Assembly (NCBI GenBank): GCA_000806115.1
Contig: JWKQ01000002.1
Location: forward strand, 52,497-116,496
Length of the DNA stretch: 64,000 bases
DNA from: an archaeon GW2011_AR5
GTDB lineage: Archaea > Aenigmatarchaeota > Aenigmatarchaeia > GW2011-AR5
Direction: 5' to 3'
In this document: one piece after another, positions 25,527-35,920 of the stretch
How positions within the stretch are numbered: the stretch's first letter is position 1
Layout of the letters: each line of letters begins with the position of its first letter
Notes under the pieces: generated by a model
What the model was told of the DNA's origin: nothing
Database searches by the model: none
What the model saw: the letters and a program-made list of their open reading frames with translations, nothing else
Made by a program: the position numbers and the translations under genes

Positions 25527-26685
25527 AGACTATAATGAAATGCTGGACTGGCTCTATAGCCTGAAAACAATAGGTATAATGCCGGGACTCGAGAAGATCA
25601 GTGAAGCTATGGAAAAGCTCGGCAATCCACAGGATAAGCTAAGGATCATACATGTCGCGGGGACAAACGGGAAGGGCTCGGTATGTGCAATGCTTGAATC
25701 TATTTTGCGCCATGCCGGATATAAAGTTGGAATGTTCACAAGTCCGCATCTGGTGGATTTTGAAGAGCGGTTCCAGGTGAACAGGGAAAAAATAAGCCGG
25801 GAGGATGCGTTTCGTCTCGTTTCCAGGGTAAGGGAGTCCGGGGTCAATCTCACTTTTTTTGAGCTCACGACGGCTGTTGCATTTCTCCACTTCCTTGAAA
25901 AGAAAGTTGATTATGTGGTTCTTGAGGTCGGAATGGGCGGCAGGCTTGACGCGACCAACATAGTAAAGCCTGTTGCAACCGTAATTACCAGCATCTCTTT
26001 CGACCACACAAACTGGCTCGGCGACACGCTCGACAAGATTGCATATGAAAAAGCCTGCATAGCCAAGCGCGGCGTACCTCTGTTTACTCCTGTAGTCAAT
26101 GATGTTATAAAATCCGTCTGCGAGGAAAGAGGCGCTGCAATGTTCATTGTAACCGGCGAGGAAGAAACGAATATGCGCGGCGTGTTCCAGAAGAAAAATG
26201 CTGCGGCAGCCGCCTCAGTGGCGAGGCACTTGAAAATACCGGAAAGTTCCATCAAGAAAGGCCTGTTCAGCGTTTACTGGCCTGCAAGGCTTGAATTCAT
26301 CGAGAACAACGTCCTGCTTGATTGCGGGCATAACACTGACGGAATTGTAAAAATAGCCGAGTTTGTGAAAACGCTCAAGTATGGAAGGCTGATAATCATT
26401 TTTGGCGTAATGAAAGACAAGGATTACGCGGGAATGATAAAAAACCTGCCGAATTACAGCAGGATAATACTTACGAAGCCTAAAATCGAGCGTTCTCTTG
26501 ATCCGAAAAGCATTGTCATCCCGAACAGCACTATAATAGAGGATGTGGGTGAGGCGTACAATTATGCAAAAAGCATAGCGGGAGAGAAGGATCTCATACT
26601 GATTTGCGGCTCGTGTTATCTCGCGGGCGAGTTTCTTGCACGGAAGAAGAATGTAGGGATTAATCCTATCATGTTCATCCAATGA
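25516..26685 (+). CDS. folC: Mur-ligase family protein, folylpolyglutamate synthase/dihydrofolate synthase-like
   Basis: 389 aa with a P-loop HVAGTNGKGS and the Mur-ligase central and C-terminal domains. Confidence 0.65.
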   Translation: MNNKDYNEMLDWLYSLKTIGIMPGLEKISEAMEKLGNPQDKLRIIHVAGTNGKGSVCAMLESILRHAGYKVGMFTSPHLVDFEERFQVNREKISREDAFRLVSRVRESGVNLTFFELTTAVAFLHFLEKKVDYVVLEVGMGGRLDATNIVKPVATVITSISFDHTNWLGDTLDKIAYEKACIAKRGVPLFTPVVNDVIKSVCEERGAAMFIVTGEEETNMRGVFQKKNAAAAASVARHLKIPESSIKKGLFSVYWPARLEFIENNVLLDCGHNTDGIVKIAEFVKTLKYGRLIIIFGVMKDKDYAGMIKNLPNYSRIILTKPKIERSLDPKSIVIPNSTIIEDVGEAYNYAKSIAGEKDLILICGSCYLAGEFLARKKNVGINPIMFIQ

Positions 26686-27736
26686 TCTCCGCCAAGTGCT
26701 TCCTTATCCCTGCCGCAAACTCTTCTATGTCGAACCGTTCTGCAGATTTTTTGATTTTTTTATGATTCCATTTTGTTTTCTCCAGAATGGCGATGGCACC
26801 GGGCATATCATGTTCGCCTGAAAAGAACACGCCGTTGCTTCTGTTAACTGTTTCCTTGAAGCCGCCCTCGCGTATTGCAAGTATTGGTTTGCCGCTGGCA
26901 TGGCTTTCTATGGCAATGAGTCCAAGATCCTCGTCGACGTTCGCGGCAACAGTGGCTTTGCACGTGCCATAAAGCTCCAGTAGCCTGTTGTCAGAAACAG
27001 CCCCCAGGAATTTTATGTTGTTGCATCCGGCAGCCATTTGTTTCAGCCTTTTTTCGTCGGGCCCGCTTCCGGCAATTACAAGCTTCCTCCCGGTTTTTTT
27101 GAAAATACGTATAATCATGTCTATGCGCTTTAGCGGATCAAGCCGCGCGGCAGAGAGATAGAAGTCCCCGCTTTTTTTGTACTTGTACTTCTTTGTTTCT
27201 ATGCCTGTGTACGCAACAACCGTCCGTCTGTGGACGTCCTTTCCGTAATATTTGAGCACGCGACGCCTTACGTTTTCAGAATTGGCGCATATTAAGTCGA
27301 ATTTTCTCATGTAACCCTGGTCCTTGGGTGTCCAGTGCCTTATGAATTTTCTGAGGAATACGCGCTCGATCGGGTTCGACTTCCAGATAAAGTGCTGCCG
27401 AAGATCGTAAAGCGCACGCATCGGTGTGTGCAGGTAGAGCAGGTTCGGGTGCAGTTTTTCCGCGGCTGAAATGCACCAGGTGCCTGAGAAAATGTATGCG
27501 TCATACCTTGGGAAGTTATAGCTTTCGAACCTCTTCGCTATCCTCATATTCCTGACAAGCTGGGGTTTACCTTTGACTCCGAGGCTGACGATCTTCATGC
27601 CTTTCGTATTGAATGTTTTATTTTTGTCAATAAATCCTGTATATATGTCTGCGTTCAGCTTTCTTGCAAGGTTTATGACGAGCCGTTCGCCGCCGCCGCG
27701 CTTGTCAAAATAATCATGAAGTATGGCTATTTTCAT
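26675..27736 (-). CDS. Glycosyltransferase family 4
   Basis: 353 aa with a GT-B fold and EGGFKE-type C-terminal domain motifs. Confidence 0.65.
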   Translation of the reverse strand: MKIAILHDYFDKRGGGERLVINLARKLNADIYTGFIDKNKTFNTKGMKIVSLGVKGKPQLVRNMRIAKRFESYNFPRYDAYIFSGTWCISAAEKLHPNLLYLHTPMRALYDLRQHFIWKSNPIERVFLRKFIRHWTPKDQGYMRKFDLICANSENVRRRVLKYYGKDVHRRTVVAYTGIETKKYKYKKSGDFYLSAARLDPLKRIDMIIRIFKKTGRKLVIAGSGPDEKRLKQMAAGCNNIKFLGAVSDNRLLELYGTCKATVAANVDEDLGLIAIESHASGKPILAIREGGFKETVNRSNGVFFSGEHDMPGAIAILEKTKWNHKKIKKSAERFDIEEFAAGIRKHLAEIIG

Positions 27737-29298
27737 GCTGATCGCTTCCTGAATACGGCTCGTGCAATTTTCCTGACAGGGCCCGGTATGTTGCCTTTGG
27801 ATTCTATGAATTTTATGTCCTCAAATGTTATCGCCCTCAGAACCGATGCCGCGGCTATGTAAGCTGCAATGCCTGCAACAACTGAGAGTATGAATTCTGC
27901 GAGTATGGGGAGGGTAAGAAGCGCCCTCAGTGAGTGCATGACCGCCGCCGCTATTGCGCCGCTTCCGATAATTTTTGCAAGCCTCCTGAACGGCAGTGTA
28001 ACGCCTGCATGTATCGATACATAACGCATGCCAATGACTGCGCCTGATAAATAGGCAATTAGCGATGCGAAAGCCGAGCCGGTTATGCCCAGAACCGGCA
28101 CAAGCAAGAGGTTCAGTATAAGATTTATGGCAGCCATGGAGAACATGAGTTTTGTAGTAACGAAAGGTTTGCCGATTCCGTCAAGAGTTGTCTGGAATAT
28201 CACGAACACCGAGTAGAATATCATTGAAACCGACAGCACCTGGAGCGTGAACGATGCAAGAATGAAGCTGTCGCCGAACAGAAATACTATTATGGTCTCC
28301 GGAAACGTCGCTAAAACCGCCACAAACGGCATGATCATGGCCATCAGCAGCACTGACATTATCCTTACGCCCTTTTCAACATCCTTGTAGCGTTTCCTCG
28401 AGTATAATTCTGATATAAGCGGGAAGGCCACGGCTGCTATAGACCCGGAGAAAACCAGCAGGAGCTGGGAAGTCGGCAGCGCCACCTGGTAAAGTGCCAC
28501 TTCCTGCAGTGTCCTGTAAAAGGTTATTACTATCGTGTCTGTGTAGCTTATAACAATAGCGGCGATACTGCTGACGAAAACAGGCACGCCAAATCCGAGG
28601 AGTTTCCTTGCAAGCCTGTAAGACACTTTTGATTTCACCTTTGTGACGCCGAGCCCGTAGAAATTCCTGAAAAGGATTGCGGTTGTTACGCAAGCGGCTA
28701 TCAGGTATGCAATTGCCACGCCGGTCGCCCCCATGTCTATGAAAATTATAGAAAATGCGAACGTGAACAGTATCCTTACAGGCTCCACAGAGGCGTAGAG
28801 TTTCAGCTTCTGGAAGCCCTGAAAAACCGACTGAAATATCGTGAAGAACATGCTTGGGAAGAAGCTTAGCATCATCAGAACCAGTACAGGTTCCGCGGCC
28901 GGCGACTTGAAGAATGAAAGGGATATCTGTTCGCGGAATGCAAAGACGAGCATGATGAATGCTATTATAGTGAGGGTTTGTATCACAAGCACTATGGCAA
29001 TCGAGGATTTTATGTTCCCTCTCTCGTTTCTTATGAGGAATTCCGGTATGAACTTCGCGAGTGCCTGGTTGAGCCCGAGATACCTTACAAGGGTGAAGAG
29101 CCCTATGAAGGCGCTTACTGCGTAGAAAAGCCCAAACTCCTCGAGAGTAAGAGTCCTGGACAGGAATATTCTTAGAAGATATCCGATGAATATGCCGACC
29201 AGTGCGAGCGCAAGGACAAAATAGCTGTTCGACACCGCACTCCTTATTTTTTCCATACCGACCCTTTTCTTTGAAAAGAAAAGTCTAGGCATCGCCAA
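27733..29298 (-). CDS. Oligosaccharide/polysaccharide flippase (Wzx-like, MOP superfamily)
   Basis: 521 aa, about 12-14 TM helices, with a polysaccharide-biosynthesis-protein pattern. Confidence 0.65.
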   Translation of the reverse strand: MAMPRLFFSKKRVGMEKIRSAVSNSYFVLALALVGIFIGYLLRIFLSRTLTLEEFGLFYAVSAFIGLFTLVRYLGLNQALAKFIPEFLIRNERGNIKSSIAIVLVIQTLTIIAFIMLVFAFREQISLSFFKSPAAEPVLVLMMLSFFPSMFFTIFQSVFQGFQKLKLYASVEPVRILFTFAFSIIFIDMGATGVAIAYLIAACVTTAILFRNFYGLGVTKVKSKVSYRLARKLLGFGVPVFVSSIAAIVISYTDTIVITFYRTLQEVALYQVALPTSQLLLVFSGSIAAVAFPLISELYSRKRYKDVEKGVRIMSVLLMAMIMPFVAVLATFPETIIVFLFGDSFILASFTLQVLSVSMIFYSVFVIFQTTLDGIGKPFVTTKLMFSMAAINLILNLLLVPVLGITGSAFASLIAYLSGAVIGMRYVSIHAGVTLPFRRLAKIIGSGAIAAAVMHSLRALLTLPILAEFILSVVAGIAAYIAAASVLRAITFEDIKFIESKGNIPGPVRKIARAVFRKRSA

Positions 29299-29399
29299 GG
29301 TAATCCGTAGACTTTGTCTTCGTTATTTTTGTTAAAGCTTAACTTCGAGTTCTAGGAAAGGTTCCCCAGCAATAATAATTCTTTGATGAAGCTTTTTTT

Positions 29400-30347
29400 C
29401 TAAGAAAGATTCCTCCAGTAATCAAGAAGGTCTTTCATCGTTTGTTCAAACGGTATCTTAGGCTGCCATCCGGTTTTTTTGTGGAATTTGGAATAGTCGC
29501 CAAGAAGAATCTCAACGTCGCTCGGTCTCATTCTTGCAGGGTCCTGTCGAACCTCTATCTTTTTTTTGCTGAACGACAAAAGCAGCTGAAGCATGTCGTT
29601 TATTTTCCAGCTGCGCCCCGAACAGATGTTGTACGCCTCTCCGTAGTCGCACTTCTGGACGGCAAGTGCGTACGCCCTGACAACGTCGCGTACGTCTGTG
29701 AAATCCCTGGACGCATTGAGGTTGCCGACGAACATTACAGGCTGCTTGACGCCTTTTTCTATTTCTGCAATTTGTTTGGCGAAGTTCGACGTCGAAAAAA
29801 CGTCCCCCCTGCGCGGGCCCTCGTGGTTGAAAGCGCGTGTTATGACCGTCTTGAGGCCGTAGCTCTTGTGATACTGGAACGCTATCATGTCCTCCGCGAC
29901 TTTGCTGACGCCGTAAGGACTCAGCGGCCGTAGCGGGTTTGTCTCCTTTATGGGAGTTTCATTGGGCAGAACAAGCCCATATTCCTCGCTGCTGCCTGCA
30001 ATCTGCACAACAGGGTTGACGGACGACGATCTAACCGCTTCCAGAAGGTTCACCGTGCCCACTATGTTTGTGGTTAGTGTCTCCTGCGGCGCGTGGAATG
30101 ATGTATGAACAAATGACTGGGCTGCAAGATGGAATATTATGTCGGGCTCCACGGATTTTATGGCTTTCTCTATGCTGTAGCTGTCGCGTATGTCGGTTTC
30201 TATCAGTTTTACCCTGTCCTTTATGTGATTTATGTTGTCCAGCCTGCTTCTCCACCTGATGGTACCGTACACATCGTGGTCGGCAAGCAGGTGTTCTGCA
30301 AGGTGCGAGCCGACGAAGCCTGTTATACCCGTTATCAATGCTCTCAT
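29400..30347 (-). CDS. NAD-dependent epimerase/dehydratase (GDP-sugar 4-reductase/Rmd-like SDR)
   Basis: 315 aa starting ALITGITGFVGSHL, with the SDR triad region. Confidence 0.65.
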   Translation of the reverse strand: MRALITGITGFVGSHLAEHLLADHDVYGTIRWRSRLDNINHIKDRVKLIETDIRDSYSIEKAIKSVEPDIIFHLAAQSFVHTSFHAPQETLTTNIVGTVNLLEAVRSSSVNPVVQIAGSSEEYGLVLPNETPIKETNPLRPLSPYGVSKVAEDMIAFQYHKSYGLKTVITRAFNHEGPRRGDVFSTSNFAKQIAEIEKGVKQPVMFVGNLNASRDFTDVRDVVRAYALAVQKCDYGEAYNICSGRSWKINDMLQLLLSFSKKKIEVRQDPARMRPSDVEILLGDYSKFHKKTGWQPKIPFEQTMKDLLDYWRNLS

Positions 30348-30386
30348 TATATCACTCTCTTTTTGAAAAGTCTTTAAAAAACATGC

Positions 30387-31466
30387 TCAGTTCGTGTAAG
30401 ATTTGTATATCTCCTCTGAAACTTTCCTGTATTTGTACGCATTCGAGTGTTTTACTGCACGGGACGCGAGTTTTTTCCTCAGCTGCGCGTCGTCCGCCAG
30501 GTGTTCTATCTCCATTCGCATGTTTTCCCAGTCTCCGTATTCGACAAGGATGCCGCCCGGTCCGACGGTCTCCGGCACCGCACCCACGCGAGTGGAAACG
30601 ACAGGTGTGCCGCACATCATGGATTCCGCTATTGCAGAGCCGAATGACTCGTAGAACGTCGGACATACGACAATGTCGGATTTCGACAATATCTCTGCAA
30701 CCTTCCCTGTTGGGAGGTTCGAAAGGACTTTTATGTTTCCCGTTGCGCCACGCCTTAGCTCCTGTTCAAGCGGCCCTGTGCCTATGAGGATGAAATCTAT
30801 GTCCTTGCGTACAGAACCGATTTTTCTGAATATATCAAGGGCTATTTGCGGTCCTTTCCAGGGAAGAAAAGTGCCGAGATACGTTACTGTTGTCCTGGAG
30901 AATTTGCCGCCCCTGGGGTAGAATATGTCGTCATTTACCGGGCATGGAATTATCTTGTACCTTATTTTGGAATAGGCGCTAAGCTGGTTTTTCTCGTTGT
31001 TGTTAAATGGAAAAACCATTGAGCCCGAGAGAATCCGCTTGCCCTGCGTCTGATTGTACGCCGACATCATGAGGTTTTTGATTTTCGACGTCGGCGGGTG
31101 GAATGCAGCGGTGAGAAAGTGCCTGATTCCATGCTTCCTTGAGAAATTATACCCAGCTGTTGCCGGAAAGAAGCCGAAATGGAATGAATGAACTAAGTCA
31201 AAATTCCTTTCATTGTGCTCTTTTTCTATTTTTCCTGCCAGTTCTCCGGAATAGGAGAAATTAAGGGTGTTTTTTGTGGAGAATCTCCGTACCGATACGT
31301 ATTCGAGTTCCTGGTCTGCTTTTCCCCATTTCTGGGCGGGCGCGAACACCGTGCCTGTGATTCCCTTTTTTTCATGCATGTGCTTTAACAGCAGGAAAAG
31401 CGCGTTGGATATGCCCGAATTATGCTGGCTTGGTGAAAATGAGGTTGTGACAAAGCAGGGTCTCAT
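30387..31466 (-). CDS. Glycosyltransferase family 4
   Basis: 359 aa with a GT-B C-terminal domain (E..G....E motifs). Confidence 0.6.
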   Translation of the reverse strand: MRPCFVTTSFSPSQHNSGISNALFLLLKHMHEKKGITGTVFAPAQKWGKADQELEYVSVRRFSTKNTLNFSYSGELAGKIEKEHNERNFDLVHSFHFGFFPATAGYNFSRKHGIRHFLTAAFHPPTSKIKNLMMSAYNQTQGKRILSGSMVFPFNNNEKNQLSAYSKIRYKIIPCPVNDDIFYPRGGKFSRTTVTYLGTFLPWKGPQIALDIFRKIGSVRKDIDFILIGTGPLEQELRRGATGNIKVLSNLPTGKVAEILSKSDIVVCPTFYESFGSAIAESMMCGTPVVSTRVGAVPETVGPGGILVEYGDWENMRMEIEHLADDAQLRKKLASRAVKHSNAYKYRKVSEEIYKSYTN

Positions 31467-32476
31467 TGAATCACCTTGACTGCCTTGTTTTCATTTCCGG
31501 ACTCAAGAATTGAAAGCGCCACAGCAAGCGCTTTTCTTGCTTCCTCAGGCTTCACGAGGGGTTTCTGGCCGCTTATGCTGTCGACAAAGTTCTGCAGCTC
31601 AAGCTTCAGCGGCTCTTCCGCCCTGATTGGGTGCTGGATAACCCTTCCCTCGGTCACGTTGCCCTTCAGTATTATGTCTTCAAACAGGTTCTTTGTTTTT
31701 CTTGAGTGCCCCGCATCGTTCGGCGCAGAATCCTGATTTTCATAAAACCACAGGTTCTGGCTGTGATAGTCGCCTCTAAGCATGCCGTTCGTTCCGTATA
31801 TTTCTATTGTTCTCACACGTTTCGGCGACACCCAGCTGAACTCGCTTGAGCCGCGGATGTTCCCTATCTTGAACAGCACATTGGCGTATATTTCCTGCGA
31901 GCCCGTCCTTATGACATGAGCGAACACCTCATCAATGTCGCCTACCAGATAGCTTATGATGTCTGCGTCGTGCACCGCGAGGTCGACAAGAACCCCGCCA
32001 GGCGAACCATATAGCCTTTTTGGGAAAGGTCCCGCGCGCACCGTATTGACAAGATAAATTTCCCCGAGTTCCTTCACCATCTCTTTCATTCTGCTGATCA
32101 CAGGATTGAACCGTTCAACGTGTCCGATTGTGAAAATTACGCCGTTTTCCCTTGCCTTTTCTATCATCATGTTCGCATCGTGAAGATTCTCAGCTATGGG
32201 TTTCTCAACCAGTATGTTTACCTTGTGTCTTATGCAGTCAAGAAAAAGTTTCTTGTGAAACTGGCTCGGAGCGGCAATGATTACGCCATCGAGCTTCTCC
32301 TTTTCAAGCATCTCATTATGGTCGAAGTAGTGGGATTTTGCGTTGAACGTGCCGGCTATGTCCCTGCATCTCTCTTCGTTGACCTCGGAGATGCATATGT
32401 CCACGTCCTTCATTGCAGAAAGCACCCGCGCATGGTTTGTGCCCATTGTACCTGCGCCTATGATTCCTATTAGCAT
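31463..32476 (-). CDS. Gfo/Idh/MocA family oxidoreductase (WbpB-like sugar 3-dehydrogenase)
   Basis: 337 aa with an N-terminal Rossmann motif MLIGIIGAGTMG and an EKP motif. Confidence 0.7.
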   Translation of the reverse strand: MLIGIIGAGTMGTNHARVLSAMKDVDICISEVNEERCRDIAGTFNAKSHYFDHNEMLEKEKLDGVIIAAPSQFHKKLFLDCIRHKVNILVEKPIAENLHDANMMIEKARENGVIFTIGHVERFNPVISRMKEMVKELGEIYLVNTVRAGPFPKRLYGSPGGVLVDLAVHDADIISYLVGDIDEVFAHVIRTGSQEIYANVLFKIGNIRGSSEFSWVSPKRVRTIEIYGTNGMLRGDYHSQNLWFYENQDSAPNDAGHSRKTKNLFEDIILKGNVTEGRVIQHPIRAEEPLKLELQNFVDSISGQKPLVKPEEARKALAVALSILESGNENKAVKVIQ

Positions 32477-32524
32477 GACACTTGAATATTTTTCAGCCTT
32501 AAAAGGCTTGGGAAAATTTTATAG

Positions 32525-34135
32525 TTGAACAGCCGCACCAAAACGTTTAAGAATCGGGCTGAATTAAGGATAGTAATGAAACCGCTACTTCAGATGTTGG
32601 AATCTATACCTGATATGGACGTTGAGAAATTTAGCGTGACGACCGGCTCGGAAAAAATCGTCAAGGATTTCAGCGTGTCGTCCGTGAAAAAAGTGCTGTT
32701 TATCATACCGCCTACGTTCGATTTTGGGGACTTTGTAGCTTCATCCCCCACAAATGTCGCCACGATAGCGGCGTACCTGAAGAACCTCGGCTATGAAGTG
32801 AATGTGATAGACGCCGGTGTGCACAAGATAAAATTTGAGGACATAGTGAAGATGACAAAGGACTACAAGCCTGACGTCGTCGCCATCGGGTGCAATTTCT
32901 CCACGTTGCACAACCCATCGCGCATGCTCGCTTCAATGATCAAGAGGGAATACAAGAATATTCCCATCCTTGTCGGCGGCAATCACGCCACGGCGATTCC
33001 TGAAATGATACTGAAGGATTCCGCAATTGATTTTGTTGTCCTGGGTGAAGCCGAGGTGGTTATGCCCGACCTGCTCAGCGCAATCGAGAACTCGTCGGAT
33101 CTGAGAAAGGTGAACGGGCTGTGCATAAACCACAATGGGAACCAGGTAAGAACGCATCCTGCGGATTTTTTCAAGAACCTGGACGAACTGCCGCTTCCTG
33201 ACTACACGTTGTTTGACATGAGCAAATACCCGCTCTACAACATCAACTCGTCAAGAGGCTGCATATTTCGCTGCACTTACTGCGCATCGGGCGTTATTTA
33301 CAAGAGAAAATACAGGCCAAGGTCTGCAAAGAGCATAGTAGAGGAGATATCCCATCTTTCAAAGAACTTTGGCAAAAAAACCTTCTGGTTCTCGGACGAC
33401 TTGTTCGGGCAGGACCACAAATTCGTGGAGGAGCTCTGCAATTCTCTTATAGACGGCAGGCACGACGTCCAATGGAGCGTTGTAACCCGCGCTACCACCG
33501 TTCCGATTGACCAGCTCAAGCTCATGAAGCGTGCAGGCTGCACCGGAATCAGCGTCGGTATTGAGTCGGGAGATGACGAGATGCTGAAGGTAATGAAAAA
33601 GGACACAAATGCCGATGCGTACAGGATGTCAATACCAAAGGTGAAGAAGGTCATAAGGACCCGCGGCTTTTTCCTTATAGGGAACATAGGAGAAACAAAA
33701 AAAAGCGTGTGGAAAACGTTCAAGCTCATCAAGGATGTCAAGCCGGATTATGGTACGTTCTGCCCGGTGGTTCCGCTCCCGGGGACCGAGATATACAGCC
33801 AGCTGATGAGCATGGGAATAATAAATCCGGAAACCCTGAACTGGGACAAATTCTACGGCATCGACCACGAAGGAAATTATGATGACGAATCGCTGCGCCT
33901 TACGGCAAGCTGGTGCGAATTATCAGCAAGCCAGATACGCGATTACTGCAATTATGGCAACATGCTATGCCTGATGGTTGCCCTCTCGCCTGTTGAGATT
34001 TTCAGAAGGATGAAGCGTGACGGCGTGCGGCAGCAGTTCAGGGACGACAAAGACAAGATAAGGCGGCTTTTCAAATATGCGATGCGCGAGCCGAGGGCTT
34101 TCTGCAGTACGCTGAAGATTCTGGCTACTGCGTGA
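32525..34135 (+). CDS. B12-binding radical SAM protein (class B radical SAM methylase-like)
   Basis: 536 aa with an N-terminal cobalamin-binding Rossmann region, then CIFRCTYCAS (CxxxCxxC). Confidence 0.7.
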   Translation: MNSRTKTFKNRAELRIVMKPLLQMLESIPDMDVEKFSVTTGSEKIVKDFSVSSVKKVLFIIPPTFDFGDFVASSPTNVATIAAYLKNLGYEVNVIDAGVHKIKFEDIVKMTKDYKPDVVAIGCNFSTLHNPSRMLASMIKREYKNIPILVGGNHATAIPEMILKDSAIDFVVLGEAEVVMPDLLSAIENSSDLRKVNGLCINHNGNQVRTHPADFFKNLDELPLPDYTLFDMSKYPLYNINSSRGCIFRCTYCASGVIYKRKYRPRSAKSIVEEISHLSKNFGKKTFWFSDDLFGQDHKFVEELCNSLIDGRHDVQWSVVTRATTVPIDQLKLMKRAGCTGISVGIESGDDEMLKVMKKDTNADAYRMSIPKVKKVIRTRGFFLIGNIGETKKSVWKTFKLIKDVKPDYGTFCPVVPLPGTEIYSQLMSMGIINPETLNWDKFYGIDHEGNYDDESLRLTASWCELSASQIRDYCNYGNMLCLMVALSPVEIFRRMKRDGVRQQFRDDKDKIRRLFKYAMREPRAFCSTLKILATA

Positions 34136-34961
34136 TTAGTTCTTTTATTCCGTTTTTGAGGCTGATTTTCGGCTCATAGCCAAGAATCTTCTTTGCTTTT
34201 GTTATGTCACCGACAAGGTCCCCTGTTTTTTTGCCGTTGTAGATTATCTTTGCCTTGTGCTTTGTTTCTTTTTCAATAAGGCTGACAAGCCCGAGTATGC
34301 TGGTGTTTTCCTTTCCTCCAATATTGAGTATGTTGAATCCCTGGAGGCTCATCGACTTGATGGTCGCGTCTATGGCATCCTGCATTGCGACAGGATTTAT
34401 CACCGGCTTGCCTTCTGTATTCAGTTCTACAGTCTCCCCTGTCATGATTTTTTTAACGAGCCTGTTAACAAGTCTCCTGTCGTCCCCTGCGCCATAAGGG
34501 AAGAAGTACCTGAGAATTGTCACCGGAAAGTGAGACGAGTACTTTTTGCACATCTCCTCCGCCTGAACCTTTGTTTTTGTATACGCGTTGTCAGGCTTTG
34601 TTTTGTCGGTCTCTTTGAAAGGTCTGCTGCCGAAGCCGTATACGCCTCCCGTGGATGCGTAAATAAAAACGGCGTTGTTCTTTTTGGCAAGGTCGAGCAT
34701 TTTTTCAGTGCCCTTGACGTTTATCCTGAATGCCCTTTCGGCATCGCTGCATTCTGTGTCTGCTGCAAGATGAAAAATAGCGTTGATATTCGAAACCTTC
34801 GGGAATCCGGGCTCCGTCAGGTTGAAGTCGATGGTTTCATATCCGGGCTTGTCATGCCGCATGTCCAGGCCAACAACCTCAAAGCCTTTTTTCTTCAAAG
34901 AAGACGCAAGCTGACGCCCGATATATCCGCTGTCTCCTGTTACGAGGACTTTCATAGTCAC
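34125..34961 (-). CDS. NAD-dependent epimerase/reductase (short SDR, dTDP-4-dehydrorhamnose-reductase-like)
   Basis: 278 aa with VLVTGDSGYIG and a YxxxK motif. Confidence 0.55.
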   Translation of the reverse strand: MTMKVLVTGDSGYIGRQLASSLKKKGFEVVGLDMRHDKPGYETIDFNLTEPGFPKVSNINAIFHLAADTECSDAERAFRINVKGTEKMLDLAKKNNAVFIYASTGGVYGFGSRPFKETDKTKPDNAYTKTKVQAEEMCKKYSSHFPVTILRYFFPYGAGDDRRLVNRLVKKIMTGETVELNTEGKPVINPVAMQDAIDATIKSMSLQGFNILNIGGKENTSILGLVSLIEKETKHKAKIIYNGKKTGDLVGDITKAKKILGYEPKISLKNGIKELITQ

Positions 34962-35920
34962 ACCGAGTATTTCTCCCTGTACCAGTCGACGGTTCTTTTG
35001 ATTCCTTCTTCCAGTGCGACAGTCGGCTTGAAGTTCATCAGCTGTTTTGCAAGCGTTATGTCTCCCAGGTGCCTGTCAACGTCACCGGGTCTCCTTTTTT
35101 CATGGGCCGGCGGTTTTGTCCAGTCAAGCTCATTGCATATCGCCTTTACCAAGTCGTTTATGGAGATCTCCCTGCCGCTTGCAACGTTCATTGTCTTACC
35201 GCGCGTGTTTTGTTGTTTAAAGGCGTCTATTGTCGCCCTTGCCGTGTCCTCAACGTACAGGAAATCTCGCGTCTGGGTTCCGTCGCCAAAAATTACCGGT
35301 GTCTCGCCTGACATGATGCGCTTTATTGTTATAGGTATCACGCCCGCATACGACTTGTCGTTCTGGCGGGGTCCGTAGTTGTTGAACGGTCTGATTATAA
35401 CCATGTCGAGCCCGAACGTTTTGTAGTAAGAATGTACTAGGTGGTCGCAGGCCGCTTTGCTTGCCGCATAAGGCGTGCAAGGCAGAAGCGGGTGTGTTTC
35501 GCTCATCTTGCTGTGCAAAGCCGTGCCGTACACCTCGGAAGATGAATATTGAACAAGAGTGCCGAAGCGCCCTTCTCTTCCAAGCTCGCATATGACACGC
35601 GTTATGTCCACGTTTATGTCAAACGCCCATGACGGCTTGACCAGAGATACAGGAAGCGGAACCATTGCAAGGTTGAATACTACGTCGACGCCTTTGACTG
35701 CATTCTTCATTTTTTCATAGTCAGATGCGTCAATATTTTCTACAGAAATTTCCGGAAACGATGATTTTGCTTTATCGAGGTTGGATTCTTCCCCCAGAAA
35801 GAAGTTGTCAACAGCGGTTATCCCTCCCGGCTTCTCTTCTATTATTTTTTCTATCAAGTGGCTTCCTATGAAGCCCGCCCCTCCTGTAATCAGGACAGAT
35901 TTGCCTTTTAGGGAAGTCAT
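34958..35920 (-). CDS. NAD-dependent epimerase/dehydratase (nucleotide-sugar 4,6-dehydratase/decarboxylase-like)
   Basis: 320 aa with VLITGGAGFIGSHL and YAASKAACD. Confidence 0.7.
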   Translation of the reverse strand: MTSLKGKSVLITGGAGFIGSHLIEKIIEEKPGGITAVDNFFLGEESNLDKAKSSFPEISVENIDASDYEKMKNAVKGVDVVFNLAMVPLPVSLVKPSWAFDINVDITRVICELGREGRFGTLVQYSSSEVYGTALHSKMSETHPLLPCTPYAASKAACDHLVHSYYKTFGLDMVIIRPFNNYGPRQNDKSYAGVIPITIKRIMSGETPVIFGDGTQTRDFLYVEDTARATIDAFKQQNTRGKTMNVASGREISINDLVKAICNELDWTKPPAHEKRRPGDVDRHLGDITLAKQLMNFKPTVALEEGIKRTVDWYREKYSV

